A stretch of DNA of 45,044 nucleotides from a virus (taxonomy: Duplodnaviria > Caudoviricetes): positions 1 through 45,044 of IMG/VR virus record IMGVR_UViG_3300037424_000451; one strand, 5' to 3'. Under the pieces are notes generated by a model. The model was not told where the DNA came from. It saw nothing but the letters and a program-made list of their open reading frames with translations, and ran no database searches. Of this stretch, positions 44,741-45,044 are shown one piece after another (the stretch's first letter is position 1; each line of letters starts with the position of its first letter). The position numbers were made by a program, and so were the translations under genes.

Positions 44741-45044
44741 AGGGCATTGGACGGTAGGATATGGACATTTGATGAGCAACCCTATTCCACAGGAAGCGGC
44801 TGAGATAATTTTCAGGGATGATTATAAGAAAGCCTTGAAGTGTTTCTTTGAACTTCCTATTGGCGTCAGGCTTACAACCTCTGGACCGGCATCATATGGC
44901 CTGAATGTGACTCGCCGAGAAGTTCTTGTTGAAATGATATTTCAACTCGGCCTCAATGGAGTTCTTGGTTTCAAAAAGATGATTGAAGCCCTTGAAGCAA
45001 TGGATTACGAGAAAGCGGCTGACGAGATCCTGGACAGCAAGGCA
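44673..45044 (+). CDS. T4-like (GH24) lysozyme/endolysin, 3' truncated
   Basis: Read manually: MESLRDRIKRHEGLRLTPYQDSEGHWTVGYGH (E-8-D-5-T triad) ...EMIFQLG..GVLGFKKMIEAL...DYEKAADEILDSK. Confidence 0.92.
   Translation, partial: MESLRDRIKRHEGLRLTPYQDSEGHWTVGYGHLMSNPIPQEAAEIIFRDDYKKALKCFFELPIGVRLTTSGPASYGLNVTRREVLVEMIFQLGLNGVLGFKKMIEALEAMDYEKAADEILDSKA

Larger units (their letters stand above)
1..45044. mobile_element. Tailed dsDNA phage (podovirus-like) genome segment: divergent early genes, packaging, head, short tail, ejection and lysis modules
   Basis: Colinear terS-terL-portal-scaffold-capsid-adaptor-nozzle-fibre-ejection-lysozyme order; no tape measure or sheath gene; no host core genes. 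Confidence 0.95.

Noticed and set aside
1-45044. tRNA genes, integrase/att sites, alternative genetic code
   Set aside because: No cloverleaf or integrase motifs seen; core genes are intact in code 11 with all three stop codons used

Overview
The whole 45-kb window is part of a tailed-phage (podovirus-like) genome; no host housekeeping genes, tRNAs or CRISPR arrays are visible. From left to right: a leftward cluster of small genes under a consensus sigma54 (-24/-12) promoter with upstream palindromes; a structured, gene-poor stretch; then a rightward virion operon. The operon runs terS, terL, small accessory genes, portal (interrupted by a 303-aa HNH-type intein), an inserted block with a beta-helix protein, scaffold, major capsid, decoration, two adaptor-like proteins, nozzle, LamG tail fibre, GNAT-like protein and ejection proteins. 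It continues with a ~2,440-codon polyvalent ejection protein split by a single +1 shift, a cluster of signal-peptide-bearing fibre/adhesin-like proteins, and a lysis region ending in a truncated T4-like lysozyme. The most notable observations are: (1) an 8.6-kb late-operon block in which five proteins carry similar Sec signal peptides (four with Trp at -2), one containing a virion-fibre-like module, suggesting exported phage fibre/adhesin proteins; (2) two small genes with their own Shine-Dalgarno sequences nested in the +1 frame of the giant ejection gene, plus a candidate CUU-C +1 frameshift; (3) sigma54/enhancer control of the leftward genes; (4) a rod-shaped RNA after the capsid gene displaying anti-Shine-Dalgarno loops; (5) several small genes flanked by short direct repeats of gene-junction sequence. 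Family assignments come from motif recognition and synteny, not database searches.
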